Of a stretch of 32,000 bases of DNA, positions 23,225-32,000 are shown one piece after another. This DNA is from an uncultured archaeon (GTDB lineage Archaea > Nanobdellota > Nanobdellia > Pacearchaeales > GW2011-AR1): NCBI GenBank assembly GCA_903828655.1, contig CAIKMX010000050.1:1-32000 (forward strand). Direction: 5' to 3'. A model generated the notes under the pieces. It was not told where the DNA came from, did no database searches, and saw only the letters and a program-made list of their open reading frames with translations. The position numbers and the translations under genes were made by a program. Positions within the stretch are counted from its first letter, which is position 1. Each line of letters begins with the position of its first letter.

Positions 23225-24265
23225 ATGGATAGAGGGTCAAATAAGGGGCCAGGATTTTTCACAAGAATATATCACGGTGCTATTAATTATATTGCTAGAC
23301 ACTCTCCAGTATACGAAAAGTCACAAAAAGACCTGGGGGCTGCACTTGTCGCAAGAAATACTGCGATAGAACAATCAGCACAAACACAAACAGAGCGTGA
23401 CCAATTAAGGAAAGACTATTCTATCTCAAGAGCAGACGCCACAAAAGCAACAACAGAGTTATCTACTACAAGGCAAGCTCTTGAGTCCACAAGAGCAGAT
23501 CTAGACACAATTGCACAAGGATATGCAAACGCCGTTGCAAATGGTGAGGCTTATAGAGATTTTGCAATTAGAGAACATATTGAGGCAAATCAGGCAAGAC
23601 AAGAAAAAGGATACGCCACAACTGAATTAAAGAGAGTTTTAGATCTAAACAAGAAAGTAAATGGCCTTCTTGAAGAACTTTGTATTGAAGAGGGGATAAA
23701 AGGCCTTGTACTATCACGAGTAGAAAGGACCATTGAAGGAACAAAAGCCGTGGATCCATCAAATCTTATAGCTCATCAAAGACACACGTTGAATCAGTTA
23801 AGAAGACAATTTGAAAAAACACTTGATGCTATGTTTGGAATTAAGGTAATCAGAAAAATTGCCGTATTGGTTACAGATGGTCATGGAGTTGTAAACTATC
23901 AAAGCCCGATGGTAAGCGGAATGTGCAGATACAGACTTGATAAAAATAAAGTATATCTTCCCCAAATGGGAATAAACTTTTCAAGGGAAGATAAACAAGG
24001 CATAGAAATAAATGGAAGATACTTCGAAGCAAAAGTTCATCCAATACCTCTTGGAAGAGATGAAACTACCTATCTAGTTACACTAAGCAAGAAAAAACCT
24101 CCTAAAGAAGCCAAAAGGACACAAGAAGATCATGAAACAGTTCTAAAAAGGGTCGGCCACACGATTGCAGAAGCTATAAGGTATGTCTCTGGCAGGAGAA
24201 AATCACAAACTTCACAAGGGGAAACTCCAGATGAAGAAACGCCTCGTGCTCCTCAAGTAGATTAA
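23225..24265 (+). CDS. hypothetical protein, 346 aa: coiled-coil N-terminal half, possible PAS-like C-terminal domain
   Basis: Residues ~40-190 are rich in Q/E/R/A heptad-like sequence. IAVLVTDGHGVVNYQSPMVSGMCRY...INGRYFEAKVHPIPLGRDETTYLVTL resembles a PAS fold. Confidence 0.5.
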   Translation: MDRGSNKGPGFFTRIYHGAINYIARHSPVYEKSQKDLGAALVARNTAIEQSAQTQTERDQLRKDYSISRADATKATTELSTTRQALESTRADLDTIAQGYANAVANGEAYRDFAIREHIEANQARQEKGYATTELKRVLDLNKKVNGLLEELCIEEGIKGLVLSRVERTIEGTKAVDPSNLIAHQRHTLNQLRRQFEKTLDAMFGIKVIRKIAVLVTDGHGVVNYQSPMVSGMCRYRLDKNKVYLPQMGINFSREDKQGIEINGRYFEAKVHPIPLGRDETTYLVTLSKKKPPKEAKRTQEDHETVLKRVGHTIAEAIRYVSGRRKSQTSQGETPDEETPRAPQVD

Positions 24266-24279
24266 TTTTAATTTAGTAT

Positions 24280-24786
24280 CTACATCTCTCTTCGTCTTCT
24301 TTCTTTAGGCAAAAAGTTTCCAAGCATCTTTTTATCGGAAGTAATCTTCCCAGTTCCAATTATATCCTCTTGATTATTTTCCGAAGAAACAACTGCAACA
24401 AAGTCACTTCCCTTAAACTCTTTGACTTGTTCTTCATTAAGCTCAACATCTTTTCCTTTAAACCACATAATTTCCTGCGCTTTATTCAAAACTACCTTGG
24501 CAGTTACCTGTTCTTTCAAGAAGTGCAAAGCATCAATACTCAATCTAGATTCTTTCTTACCAGTTTTCTTGTCAACCATCTGTTTTCCAAGATATAAACC
24601 AATTCCCTCAACAGGAAAGTTCCTCCATATCTCCATTATCTCAACTTTAGTAAAACTTCCAGAAAAAGCACGCAATCTTTCATTTCCTGTTTTGAAAAGT
24701 AAATAAGGAATCTTCTCTATTCCAAGTGCAGAAACTTCATCTATGAACTTCTTTTTCTTTGCATTGTCAAATATATCTATTTTCAT
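24280..24786 (-). CDS. NIP7-like pre-rRNA processing protein with C-terminal PUA domain
   Basis: Length 168 aa. GLYLGKQ...RLSIDALHFLKEQ...KVVLNKAQEIMWFKGKDV...DFVAVVSSENNQEDIIGTGKI matches the NIP7/UPF0113 layout. The ATG overlaps the GNAT stop by 4 nt. Confidence 0.6.
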   Translation of the reverse strand: MKIDIFDNAKKKKFIDEVSALGIEKIPYLLFKTGNERLRAFSGSFTKVEIMEIWRNFPVEGIGLYLGKQMVDKKTGKKESRLSIDALHFLKEQVTAKVVLNKAQEIMWFKGKDVELNEEQVKEFKGSDFVAVVSSENNQEDIIGTGKITSDKKMLGNFLPKERRRREM

Positions 24787-25253
24787 TTTAAATTTTTCTC
24801 CATTTTGTAACTAGTCATTTTTAGTTCGGGATGTTCTTCTGGTATCCACTTGAATTCTTCAACCATCTTGTACCCATTCTTATCATAAAATCCTATAGCA
24901 GTCTTAGTAGAAAATAGATGAACTTTTGAAAGCTTTTTCTTCTTTGCAAAACCCTCAATAAACTTAAGCAGTTTAGTTCCAATATTCTTTCCAATTTGGT
25001 CATGCTTCACAAATAAACCGCCAATTTTATTATCTTTCAAATCAACAACCCCCATGATTTCATTTTCATTATTCACTATACAAAACATATCTCTCATGCT
25101 AATGTTCTCACTGATCTTTTCAGGAGAAGCAATTTCCATAAAATAGTCAATCTGCTCCTTTGCGTAGTCTTTACCATTAACATTAATCAAAGTTTTACGT
25201 CTAAGATTTGATATCTCTCTTGCATCTGCTTTTCTAGCTCTTCTTATTCTCAT
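24783..25253 (-). CDS. GNAT-family N-acetyltransferase
   Basis: GGLFVKHDQIGKNIGTKLLKFIEGFAKKKKLSKVHL is the acetyl-CoA binding motif A. ATGA overlap with the upstream gene's stop. Confidence 0.8.
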   Translation of the reverse strand: MRIRRARKADAREISNLRRKTLINVNGKDYAKEQIDYFMEIASPEKISENISMRDMFCIVNNENEIMGVVDLKDNKIGGLFVKHDQIGKNIGTKLLKFIEGFAKKKKLSKVHLFSTKTAIGFYDKNGYKMVEEFKWIPEEHPELKMTSYKMEKNLK

Positions 25254-26281
25254 TTTTCTTTCACCGAGCATTTATCGCTTAGTTTAGTTATCTTGCACAA
25301 AAAGAATCCATCAGTATCATTATCATGGGGGTATAATCTACAGGCCTTCTCAACTTCTTTGCTGTACTGCTTGCCTTCAAACTCACAAACACCACAACGA
25401 GTCTTTAGAGGAAGTTTTATCTCTTCAACTTTTATATCAAAATTCTTAATTAAAAAATCAACAATCTCTTCGTCTTCTTCTGGAGAGAGCGTGCAAGTAG
25501 AGTAAATCATCTCTCCACCAACCTTTAGTATTTTAAGCGCGGCTACAGCCAGCTTTCTTTGAACAGAAGCAATTTTCTTAATCATATTAATATTCCATAT
25601 CAAGAATGTTCTTGGACTTTTTCTTAAAGTACCTTCACCCGAACAAGGCGCGTCTACAAGAATTTTATCAAATCTTATCTTAGTTTTTTTCAAAATTCTC
25701 TCACAAAAAGCCACTCCTTCGTGTCTTGTAACAATAGTATTCATAACTCCGCATCTTTCCATATTTGAGTTTAAAATTCCAATTCTCCCGAGATTAATCT
25801 CATTTGCAATTATTGTTCCTTTATTTTCCATTAGTGCAGCAGCCTGCGTTGTCTTTGAGCCAGGACTCGCACACAAATCAAGTAAAACTTCTCCAGGTTT
25901 AGGATCTAAAACAAGAATAGGTAGCATTGAAGTTATCTCCTGAACATAAAAATATCCAAGCAAATGTTCTTTTGTCTTTCCAAGCTCCCCAGGATTCAAC
26001 TTTCTCCCTCCTTTGTTTGCCTCACCCGTTTCATCAATAATCATTATCTCCTCATGCCCCGTAGACAAGAAAGGCTGTTTTATCTTCCACCCATAAGCCT
26101 CAAGTCTTTTCTTCAACTCAGAAGGAGACATTTTAAGAGTATTACATCTAATACAATCAGGGGTGTTTGTATAGGATATTTCAAAGAACTTTTTGGCTTC
26201 CTCTTTGCTTCCAAGTAAAGCTTCCATTCTTTCAATAAATTCCGGTTTTGGTGTAAATTTTATCTTTTCTTTGTATTTCAT
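25250..26281 (-). CDS. NOL1/NOP2/Sun-family RNA cytosine-C5 methyltransferase
   Basis: SAM motif DLCASPGSKT. Catalytic motifs DAPCSGEG and YSTCTLSPEEDEE. Trimmed from TTG to the ATG at 26281. Confidence 0.9.
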   Translation of the reverse strand: MKYKEKIKFTPKPEFIERMEALLGSKEEAKKFFEISYTNTPDCIRCNTLKMSPSELKKRLEAYGWKIKQPFLSTGHEEIMIIDETGEANKGGRKLNPGELGKTKEHLLGYFYVQEITSMLPILVLDPKPGEVLLDLCASPGSKTTQAAALMENKGTIIANEINLGRIGILNSNMERCGVMNTIVTRHEGVAFCERILKKTKIRFDKILVDAPCSGEGTLRKSPRTFLIWNINMIKKIASVQRKLAVAALKILKVGGEMIYSTCTLSPEEDEEIVDFLIKNFDIKVEEIKLPLKTRCGVCEFEGKQYSKEVEKACRLYPHDNDTDGFFLCKITKLSDKCSVKEK

Positions 26282-26321
26282 GTTGACTCTAAACAAAAAT
26301 GCACATTATGCTATATAAATC

Positions 26322-26579
26322 TTAATAGAACATCCCCTCGCCCTCATCTCCGTGACTATCACCATTAGGGCTATTTCTCCCCGTTTCAAAACCCTCTAGG
26401 TATACCCTAAAAACAGAAAGAGCAACTTTATCTCTTTGAGGAGAATCAGGGCCCACAATCCCCCGGTATTCATTTACTAAAAGTCTAACTTGATCTTCAG
26501 ATTTCCCCCTTAGACCAAATTCACTAAATATTCTTTCAATTAATTCATCACTCGCAGCAATATCATCTTCAATACTCAT
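26322..26579 (-). CDS. hypothetical acidic protein, 85 aa
   Basis: Track ORF with ATG start. Transcribed divergently from the ArsA-like gene across a 74-nt promoter region. Confidence 0.45.
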   Translation of the reverse strand: MSIEDDIAASDELIERIFSEFGLRGKSEDQVRLLVNEYRGIVGPDSPQRDKVALSVFRVYLEGFETGRNSPNGDSHGDEGEGMFY

Positions 26580-26653
26580 AAAACCGATATCAAATAACTC
26601 GTTTATAAAATTATCTTACAAATCTTTAAAAAACCCCTAATTCTAGAGCGTGA

Positions 26654-27682
26654 ATGGAAATTATAGCAGTATCTGGAAAAGGCGGAGTAGGAAAGAGCAC
26701 CGTAGCTTCTGCAATATCGGTTTATCACGCTATGTCTGGAAAGCCAACCCTCTTAGTTGATTGTGATAAACAAGGGCTAGCAATTAGAAGGACAGTATTT
26801 CCAGAAGGAATAACTATCCCAAAAAACAAAATTTATGAAACTCCTCTGAAGAATCTTTATGCTGGTGCGATAGCCCCATGTAGATTTTGGCCAATCGCTG
26901 CAGGTGAAAGAAGGAGCAAACCAGAATTTGCCGAATATATGAATCAATTTCCTGGAGCACAAGGTTTAGTAGCCTACAACGACATGCTTAGACAATTCTT
27001 TGGAGCATTTACTCTTCCAGAACAAGCGTCAGAGCTGATAAATCTTGCAGAACTTTTAAATGAAGCAACTAGCAACCATTTAGAAAAAATTGTCTTAGAT
27101 TTAGAACCCACAAAAGGGACTATTGGGCTTCTGAATTCTGTGGGGGCTGTTGCAAGAAGCATAACTAACCTTTCAATGTTAGGGCCAGTAATTAAATCAG
27201 TTTTAGGAATGAAGATGCCAGACATTAGAAAATTCCTAGATTCTGAGTATATGGGAAATTCAGGAGAATATACTAGAAGACTATCGCAGGCTGAAAGATT
27301 ATTACAAGGAGCGAGGTACATTTTAGTCACAGGACCACAGGGAGCAATGGTTGATGAAGCATTATTGGACACTCAAACCGCAATACAAGATCTTGGAGGA
27401 AAAATTTCGGGATATGTTGTAAATAATGTTCACCTACATGGTTCTTTACCTTCAAACGAAGAGGAAAGTGAAAGAAGACAGGTTGGAAGAGTTTTAGAGG
27501 CTGGAGAAAAAGCATCTATTCCTGTAGGGATTGTAGGACACACTCCCTCTTTCGGAATTGATGATGTTCCAAACAGGGTAAGGCAAACTGCGCTCTTTTC
27601 AACAGGAAACAATTTAGTATCTCTTATAGGAGAAGTAGATACACAAGAAGTAGTCGCAGGTCAAACTAATACTTGGATCTAA
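26654..27682 (+). CDS. divergent ArsA/Get3-like P-loop ATPase
   Basis: Deviant Walker A SGKGGVGKST. LDLEPTKGTIGLL aligns to the family's DTAPTGHTLRLL switch II. C-terminal ILVTGPQ...GYVVNNV is like the family's (V/I)VN(Q/R)V. Confidence 0.6.
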   Translation: MEIIAVSGKGGVGKSTVASAISVYHAMSGKPTLLVDCDKQGLAIRRTVFPEGITIPKNKIYETPLKNLYAGAIAPCRFWPIAAGERRSKPEFAEYMNQFPGAQGLVAYNDMLRQFFGAFTLPEQASELINLAELLNEATSNHLEKIVLDLEPTKGTIGLLNSVGAVARSITNLSMLGPVIKSVLGMKMPDIRKFLDSEYMGNSGEYTRRLSQAERLLQGARYILVTGPQGAMVDEALLDTQTAIQDLGGKISGYVVNNVHLHGSLPSNEEESERRQVGRVLEAGEKASIPVGIVGHTPSFGIDDVPNRVRQTALFSTGNNLVSLIGEVDTQEVVAGQTNTWI

Positions 27683-27689
27683 ATAAAAA

Positions 27690-30182
27690 CTAGAACAGCT
27701 TCTTCTGTGTATGCCCTTCAATTATCTCGTTGATGTTAATTCCAAAAACTTCTAGGATGTTTTCAACTGCAGGCAAAAGCTGATTGTTCAAATAATAATC
27801 AATCTCATACTCGCCTTTTTCATCAGGCAGTTTAACTTTATCACCTATTCTTTTTGTCTTAGCCTTTCCGTTTCCATTAGATTCTGCAATATAATACTCA
27901 ACCAACATTCCTTGTGAAACTGGCAAGTCTTGTTCAAGCATCTTCTTTGCAGCAATAACATGTGGCCCTTCAGAAAGATACTCGTTTAAAGGCTTTTTTA
28001 GCTGTGTTCTTATGATAAGATCATCAATCTTTATCTCTCTATCTTTAAGTTTCTTTATAGTCTCTTTAACAATCTTAAGCGCGCTCTTTTCATTTCCGTC
28101 TTTCAGGATTTTACCCAAGACATCACTTTGTAACTTTCTTGCAAGAGTGCACCAGTCTCTTCTTACAGTTTCAAATCCCCTTATCTTCAGCTTTCCGTTT
28201 TCATCAATCAAAGCATACTTTTTCTTTGCTCCCGCATCTGTTGTTCTCTTAGAAACAAACAAAGCCCTAGAATAAAAATCCTCTAGGTCCAATTCCATAA
28301 TTCCAGGAAGATTTTTGTTCAAATCTTCTAAAAATTCAAGAACATCTTTCTTTGAGCTTTTTCCCCTCAAAAAGGCAATACTATCAGTATCAGAATAGAT
28401 TATTTCATATCCCTTCTTTTTAATTTTCTCCATTACTTCAAGGATATTTTTCTTTGCAAAAGAAGCCGTAGCAGCCGCCGCCTCACGACAATAATACCTT
28501 GCACCAAAAAATCCCTGATATCCATATGAAGCATTTGCAAGAAGTTTGTAAGCATTGCTCGTTGCTTTTTTCATAGGATTTTTGTCTTTCTTATACTCTT
28601 CTTTGTATTTTTTTCTTAAAGTTATAATCTCTTCAAGCATAGTAGGGAAAAATCCCCTTTTCTTTGAAAATTCAATAACTGCAGTCTTCTTTCCTTTTTT
28701 AGCTTGCTCTCCAGGAGATTCACTTTCCAAAGTAGATAAAGACAAATTATAAGAAACAATTACAGAAGCATACATCGAAGTAAAATCAAACATTACAATA
28801 TTCTCATACAACCCCGGTGTTGGTTGAAACACAAAAGCTCCTTCGTATTTGCCCATTCCACGTCTCTTTCCAATCTCATCATGCCCCGGTCTCCTTTCTG
28901 GAATCTCATTAAATCTATCAAGATTATGCAATAAATAATCTTCAACATGGGAAGACATTGCACTTCTAGTAACTTCATAAACTGGCTCTCTTATTATTTG
29001 GGTAAACTCAAAGATATCTGGCCATATCTTTTCAGCAAGTTTAAACGTTAATTCAGAATCATGTAAATTATATTCAAAAAAATCCTTCCATTCACCTTCA
29101 TTCATTTTTCCACTTAACTTCTTAAAATCAAAATCATGTTTCTTCTCTCCAATAAGCTCAAATGCAACATCATTCAAACCCAAAGTTTCAGATTGTAAAT
29201 ACTGAGAATAAACAGACTGTATAAATCTAAACAAATCAACATGTACAATTCCAGATATCCTCCCGCTAGGAATCCTCCCTCTAGAAAATCTTGGTTGTGT
29301 CCCATCCAAACCCAAATCAAGTTTTATTTTATTTTTTTCAGCCACAGCTCTCAAATAAGGCAAGTCAAATCCATCTGAAAAATATCCTACTAAAAAATCT
29401 GGAGAAAAAGACTTAACATACTCAATAAACTTTTCAATCATCTCCTCTTCAGATTTAAAACACTCAACAAAGTCCTGCTTAATAGAACATTTCTTCCATG
29501 TTAAAACTTTCTTGAAAACTTTACCGCCATTGCCATCATTCCCGTACAAAGAAATCATTAAAACATTTCCCTTTCCAAGTTCAAACTCATCACACTCAAT
29601 ATCATATGCAAGTATTCTTGGAACAAAAAGTTCTTTTTCCTTTTCTTTATTATTCATGAGCTTAAACGATTCTGCATGAATGCACAAATCAACTTCTAAA
29701 TTATCTGACAAACCTCCAAAATCCCTTCCTGCCAATATCTCTCCCTCAACTTCATACCATTTCAACGGTTCAACCTTCTTTTCAATTATATATTTAGAAA
29801 GCATAGAAATATCATAACCTCTTCTTGCAACAACTTCCTTCATTCCAAGTTTATCTGCAATACCGTGGGCGTCCTTATGATTCGTAACAAAGACTTTCAA
29901 GGCCTTAACGTCCTTTCCAAGATACTTTTTATCATGCTTCTCAACCTTCAAAACCTTAGTTTCACGCCCATTTTCATCTATCTTTATTTTCTCAATCTTT
30001 TTAATTAAATCAACAGTTTTCTTTTCACTCAAACCTTCTTTCAAAACGGCCCAAAGGTTTGCTTCATAGTTATCAACAACACAAATTCTTTTGCCCTTTT
30101 CATTTCTCCCAATAAGTCTAATAAAGTTTTTTCCTTCAAAGTCAAAATAGTCATAGTCTATTGGTACAAACTGAACTTTCAT
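27690..30182 (-). CDS. polB: family B DNA polymerase
   Basis: Exo I YDIECDE, Exo II FSDGFDLPYL, Exo III YNLHDSELT. Pol A DFTSMYASVI, Pol B KLLANASYGYQG, Pol C YSDTDSI. No intein. Trimmed to the ATG at 30182, 29 nt after TTTAAATA. Confidence 0.95.
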   Translation of the reverse strand: MKVQFVPIDYDYFDFEGKNFIRLIGRNEKGKRICVVDNYEANLWAVLKEGLSEKKTVDLIKKIEKIKIDENGRETKVLKVEKHDKKYLGKDVKALKVFVTNHKDAHGIADKLGMKEVVARRGYDISMLSKYIIEKKVEPLKWYEVEGEILAGRDFGGLSDNLEVDLCIHAESFKLMNNKEKEKELFVPRILAYDIECDEFELGKGNVLMISLYGNDGNGGKVFKKVLTWKKCSIKQDFVECFKSEEEMIEKFIEYVKSFSPDFLVGYFSDGFDLPYLRAVAEKNKIKLDLGLDGTQPRFSRGRIPSGRISGIVHVDLFRFIQSVYSQYLQSETLGLNDVAFELIGEKKHDFDFKKLSGKMNEGEWKDFFEYNLHDSELTFKLAEKIWPDIFEFTQIIREPVYEVTRSAMSSHVEDYLLHNLDRFNEIPERRPGHDEIGKRRGMGKYEGAFVFQPTPGLYENIVMFDFTSMYASVIVSYNLSLSTLESESPGEQAKKGKKTAVIEFSKKRGFFPTMLEEIITLRKKYKEEYKKDKNPMKKATSNAYKLLANASYGYQGFFGARYYCREAAAATASFAKKNILEVMEKIKKKGYEIIYSDTDSIAFLRGKSSKKDVLEFLEDLNKNLPGIMELDLEDFYSRALFVSKRTTDAGAKKKYALIDENGKLKIRGFETVRRDWCTLARKLQSDVLGKILKDGNEKSALKIVKETIKKLKDREIKIDDLIIRTQLKKPLNEYLSEGPHVIAAKKMLEQDLPVSQGMLVEYYIAESNGNGKAKTKRIGDKVKLPDEKGEYEIDYYLNNQLLPAVENILEVFGININEIIEGHTQKKLF

Positions 30183-30291
30183 ATCTAAAACAGACAAAAC
30201 AATTATTTAAACCTTCTTTCAGAGAGATATTATACTACTAGATAATGACAACTATAGTAAGATTTAAATACTAGTTTAACATAGGATAATT

Positions 30292-30492
30292 ATGGAAAAC
30301 ATACCTCAATTTAGAGCTGATAAAATGACTAGAGAAAGACGAATAAGGGGACCCTATGCACTATTTACTGGAACAGTAGTTCAAGGATATAACTGCAGAG
30401 AGCCTACATCTTATAGGCCAAAACAATTATATATAGAAACAGAACCAGATTGCACAAGTCAACCAGTTAGAATATTCGCAAGAGGACAATAA
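30292..30492 (+). CDS. hypothetical protein, 66 aa (first gene of a three-gene orphan operon)
   Basis: ATG lies about 25 nt after GATTTAAATAC. The stop lies 1 nt before the next ATG. Confidence 0.5.
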   Translation: MENIPQFRADKMTRERRIRGPYALFTGTVVQGYNCREPTSYRPKQLYIETEPDCTSQPVRIFARGQ

Positions 30493-30493
30493 A

Positions 30494-30910
30494 ATGGCAG
30501 ATAAAGATGATGAAAAAACAAGAGTATCACCAGAACCAGTTGACACTACTAGGACTTTTGCAAGCCAAGCATGTGCAGCAATAGGCTATCCTGGAAGAGG
30601 GAGAGGTCAAAAACACTTAGATTTACAAGTTCCTCAAGCACCTCTAGAAGTTATGACAGATGAAGAGGCAATGAAAATGTATACCGAAGTTGCAGCTCAG
30701 GCGAGAGTTCGTGCCGAGAAGGGGGGATACGCAAATAGAGAACCAACTTCTGATGAACAAGCAGATTTAATAGGCTACTTAGCAGGATTTTGTAAAGGAA
30801 TGTACGACCTTAATCCCGCAAAACCCGTTATGACTGTTAATGCCCTGAGTCTTATAGAGGGGTATAATTGTGGTTTAGAAAACTTACAAAAAAGCAGGAG
30901 AAAAAAATAA
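30494..30910 (+). CDS. hypothetical protein, 138 aa (second gene of the orphan operon)
   Basis: Tight coupling on both sides (TAA-A-ATG). Shares the REPTS and GYNC peptides with the first ORF. Confidence 0.55.
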   Translation: MADKDDEKTRVSPEPVDTTRTFASQACAAIGYPGRGRGQKHLDLQVPQAPLEVMTDEEAMKMYTEVAAQARVRAEKGGYANREPTSDEQADLIGYLAGFCKGMYDLNPAKPVMTVNALSLIEGYNCGLENLQKSRRKK

Positions 30911-30911
30911 A

Positions 30912-31427
30912 ATGGCCGACAACAATTCAAATCCACAAGGTGAAAGAGGAGAAGAAAAAAGAGAGCCTGCAGAATACATAGTTGACTTGCCGGGTATTCA
31001 TGAATTAACTTTTTATGTTGCTACACACGAATCATATGGCGAACTATTCAGGACTGCAAGACGTTCTCTAACAACTGCAACAACTCCTGCTGCAGCAGTT
31101 GGTAACATAGTTTTTAGAACACTAAAAGAGGGCACGGATAAGAAACTAATAGACCAGCAAACTGGAAAAAGAATAATGGCGGCAATTAAAGAACGTCAGG
31201 GGAGTTATGCTGGCTATGCTTTTGAAGTTCCCGAAGTTTTTGCAGAAGATGAAAAGCCCCTTGAAGCTCATGAAAGAACTGCAGGTTTGGATGGATTTTT
31301 ATGTGAACAAGTTAAAGCAAACAGGCCAGGACTAACTGGTGATCAGGCAATGAGATTCACAAGACAACTAGTTGATTTTTATCAAAGAGAAAAAGCGAAG
31401 CAAGCACCACAGACTTCCACACAATAA
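30912..31427 (+). CDS. hypothetical protein, 171 aa (third gene of the orphan operon)
   Basis: Tightly coupled to the preceding ORF. Family not recognised. Confidence 0.55.
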   Translation: MADNNSNPQGERGEEKREPAEYIVDLPGIHELTFYVATHESYGELFRTARRSLTTATTPAAAVGNIVFRTLKEGTDKKLIDQQTGKRIMAAIKERQGSYAGYAFEVPEVFAEDEKPLEAHERTAGLDGFLCEQVKANRPGLTGDQAMRFTRQLVDFYQREKAKQAPQTSTQ

Positions 31428-31457
31428 TTTTATTAATATCCTTTTCTTAGTATTTCA

Positions 31458-32000
31458 ATGGGAATTCAGATATCAGAGATTGTTCCTAGAAAGGAAATAT
31501 CTCTAAACGAATTGAAAGGCAAAACAATAGCCATAGATGCGTTCAATGCAATATACCAGTTTTTAACTACAATAAGACAGGTAGATGGCACGCCCCTAAT
31601 GGACAAAGATGGAAAAATCACCTCCCACCTTTCAGGGCTATTCTACAGAAACATAAACTTGCTTCTAGAAGGAATAAAGCCAATTTATGTTTTCGATGGA
31701 AAGCCCCCGGAGCTAAAAGACGAAGAGCTTCAAAGAAGAAAAGAAGCAAAAAGAGAAGCAAGAGAAAAATATGAATCTGCAAAAGAAAAAGGAGACAATG
31801 AAGGAATGAGAAAGTACTCAGCTCAATTTGTAAAAATAGATGATGATATAATAAAAGAAAGTAAAGAGTTATTGGAAGCAATGGGCATCCCCGTAATTCA
31901 AGCTCACGGAGAGGGAGAAGCAGAAGCGGCAATTCTAGCAAGGAACAAAAAGGTATGGGCCGCAGCCTCACAAGATTATGACGCTCTTTTGTACGGCGTT
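31458..32000 (+). CDS. fen: flap endonuclease 1 (N-terminal 181 codons; continues past the window edge)
   Basis: Hand translation gives [40 protein letters not shown]...[11 protein letters not shown]...QDYDALLYG. It is not in the ORF track because no stop lies within the window. Confidence 0.9.
   Translation, partial: MGIQISEIVPRKEISLNELKGKTIAIDAFNAIYQFLTTIRQVDGTPLMDKDGKITSHLSGLFYRNINLLLEGIKPIYVFDGKPPELKDEELQRRKEAKREAREKYESAKEKGDNEGMRKYSAQFVKIDDDIIKESKELLEAMGIPVIQAHGEGEAEAAILARNKKVWAAASQDYDALLYGV

Noticed and set aside
31618-31971. 117-aa minus-strand ORF (Leu-rich, low complexity)
   Set aside because: It lies entirely antisense to the clearly recognisable fen1 reading frame. Its composition is the mirror image of Lys/Glu-rich codons.
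1-32000. Nucleotide GC content as evidence that the orphan ORFs are foreign
   Set aside because: My hand counts on 60-nt samples gave 40-43 percent GC for orphans (4578, 23225, 30912) but also 40-43 percent for cdc48, minD and serS. Only polB was lower, at 35 percent. GC alone does not discriminate, so only the R:K amino-acid contrast was kept as a finding.
1-32000. CRISPR arrays, rRNA genes, IS elements, integrases, inteins, recoded stop codons
   Set aside because: I found no regularly spaced direct repeats and no transposase- or integrase-like ORFs. The long conserved genes (polB, cdc48, metG, serS) are uninterrupted under the standard code.

Overview
This is an AT-rich, very compact archaeal chromosome segment. 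Archaeal markers are ribosomal protein L15e, TFS, NAC, Sec61-beta, a family-B DNA polymerase, FEN1, CDC48, an intron-containing tRNA, and TATA boxes about 25-30 nt upstream of most start codons, so transcripts look mostly leaderless. Small gene sizes and the gene content suggest a reduced-genome, DPANN-like archaeon; that is inference only. I support about 45 CDSs. Two fall below the 60-aa cut-off of the ORF track: Sec61-beta at 12078-12227 and a 59-aa ORF at 812-991. FEN1 is missing from the track because it runs off the right edge. There are three tRNAs: Ile-GAU, Gly-CCC, and Lys-CUU with a 42-nt intron. Several track ORFs start at TTG or GTG and were trimmed to the first ATG that sits behind a TATA box. 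I saw no rRNA, CRISPR array, transposase or integrase. The most interesting signals are non-coding. (1) A 52-nt A/T palindromic element occurs four times, always at the end of a transcription unit. Two copies lie exactly 2 nt after a tRNA, and the diverged copy carries compensatory substitutions that keep the hairpin. (2) A mosaic family of intergenic modules includes three 58-nt direct repeats. Two of them bracket a 3-kb block holding MinD, two paralogous genes and two orphan genes. (3) There are two candidate operators: a GTGATA/TATCAC palindrome before a TrmB-family gene, and tandem TGTATACAC repeats before a zinc-ribbon/AbrB gene. The coding oddities are as follows. MetRS is split, with a 74-aa ORF wedged between the core and the tRNA-binding domain. 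A tightly coupled three-gene orphan operon sits between polB and fen1. An ArsA/Get3-like ATPase has substituted switch motifs. SerRS carries a lysine-rich tail. About a dozen scattered orphan ORFs have R>=K composition, unlike their K-rich neighbours. All functional calls rest on motif recognition by eye; no database search was run.
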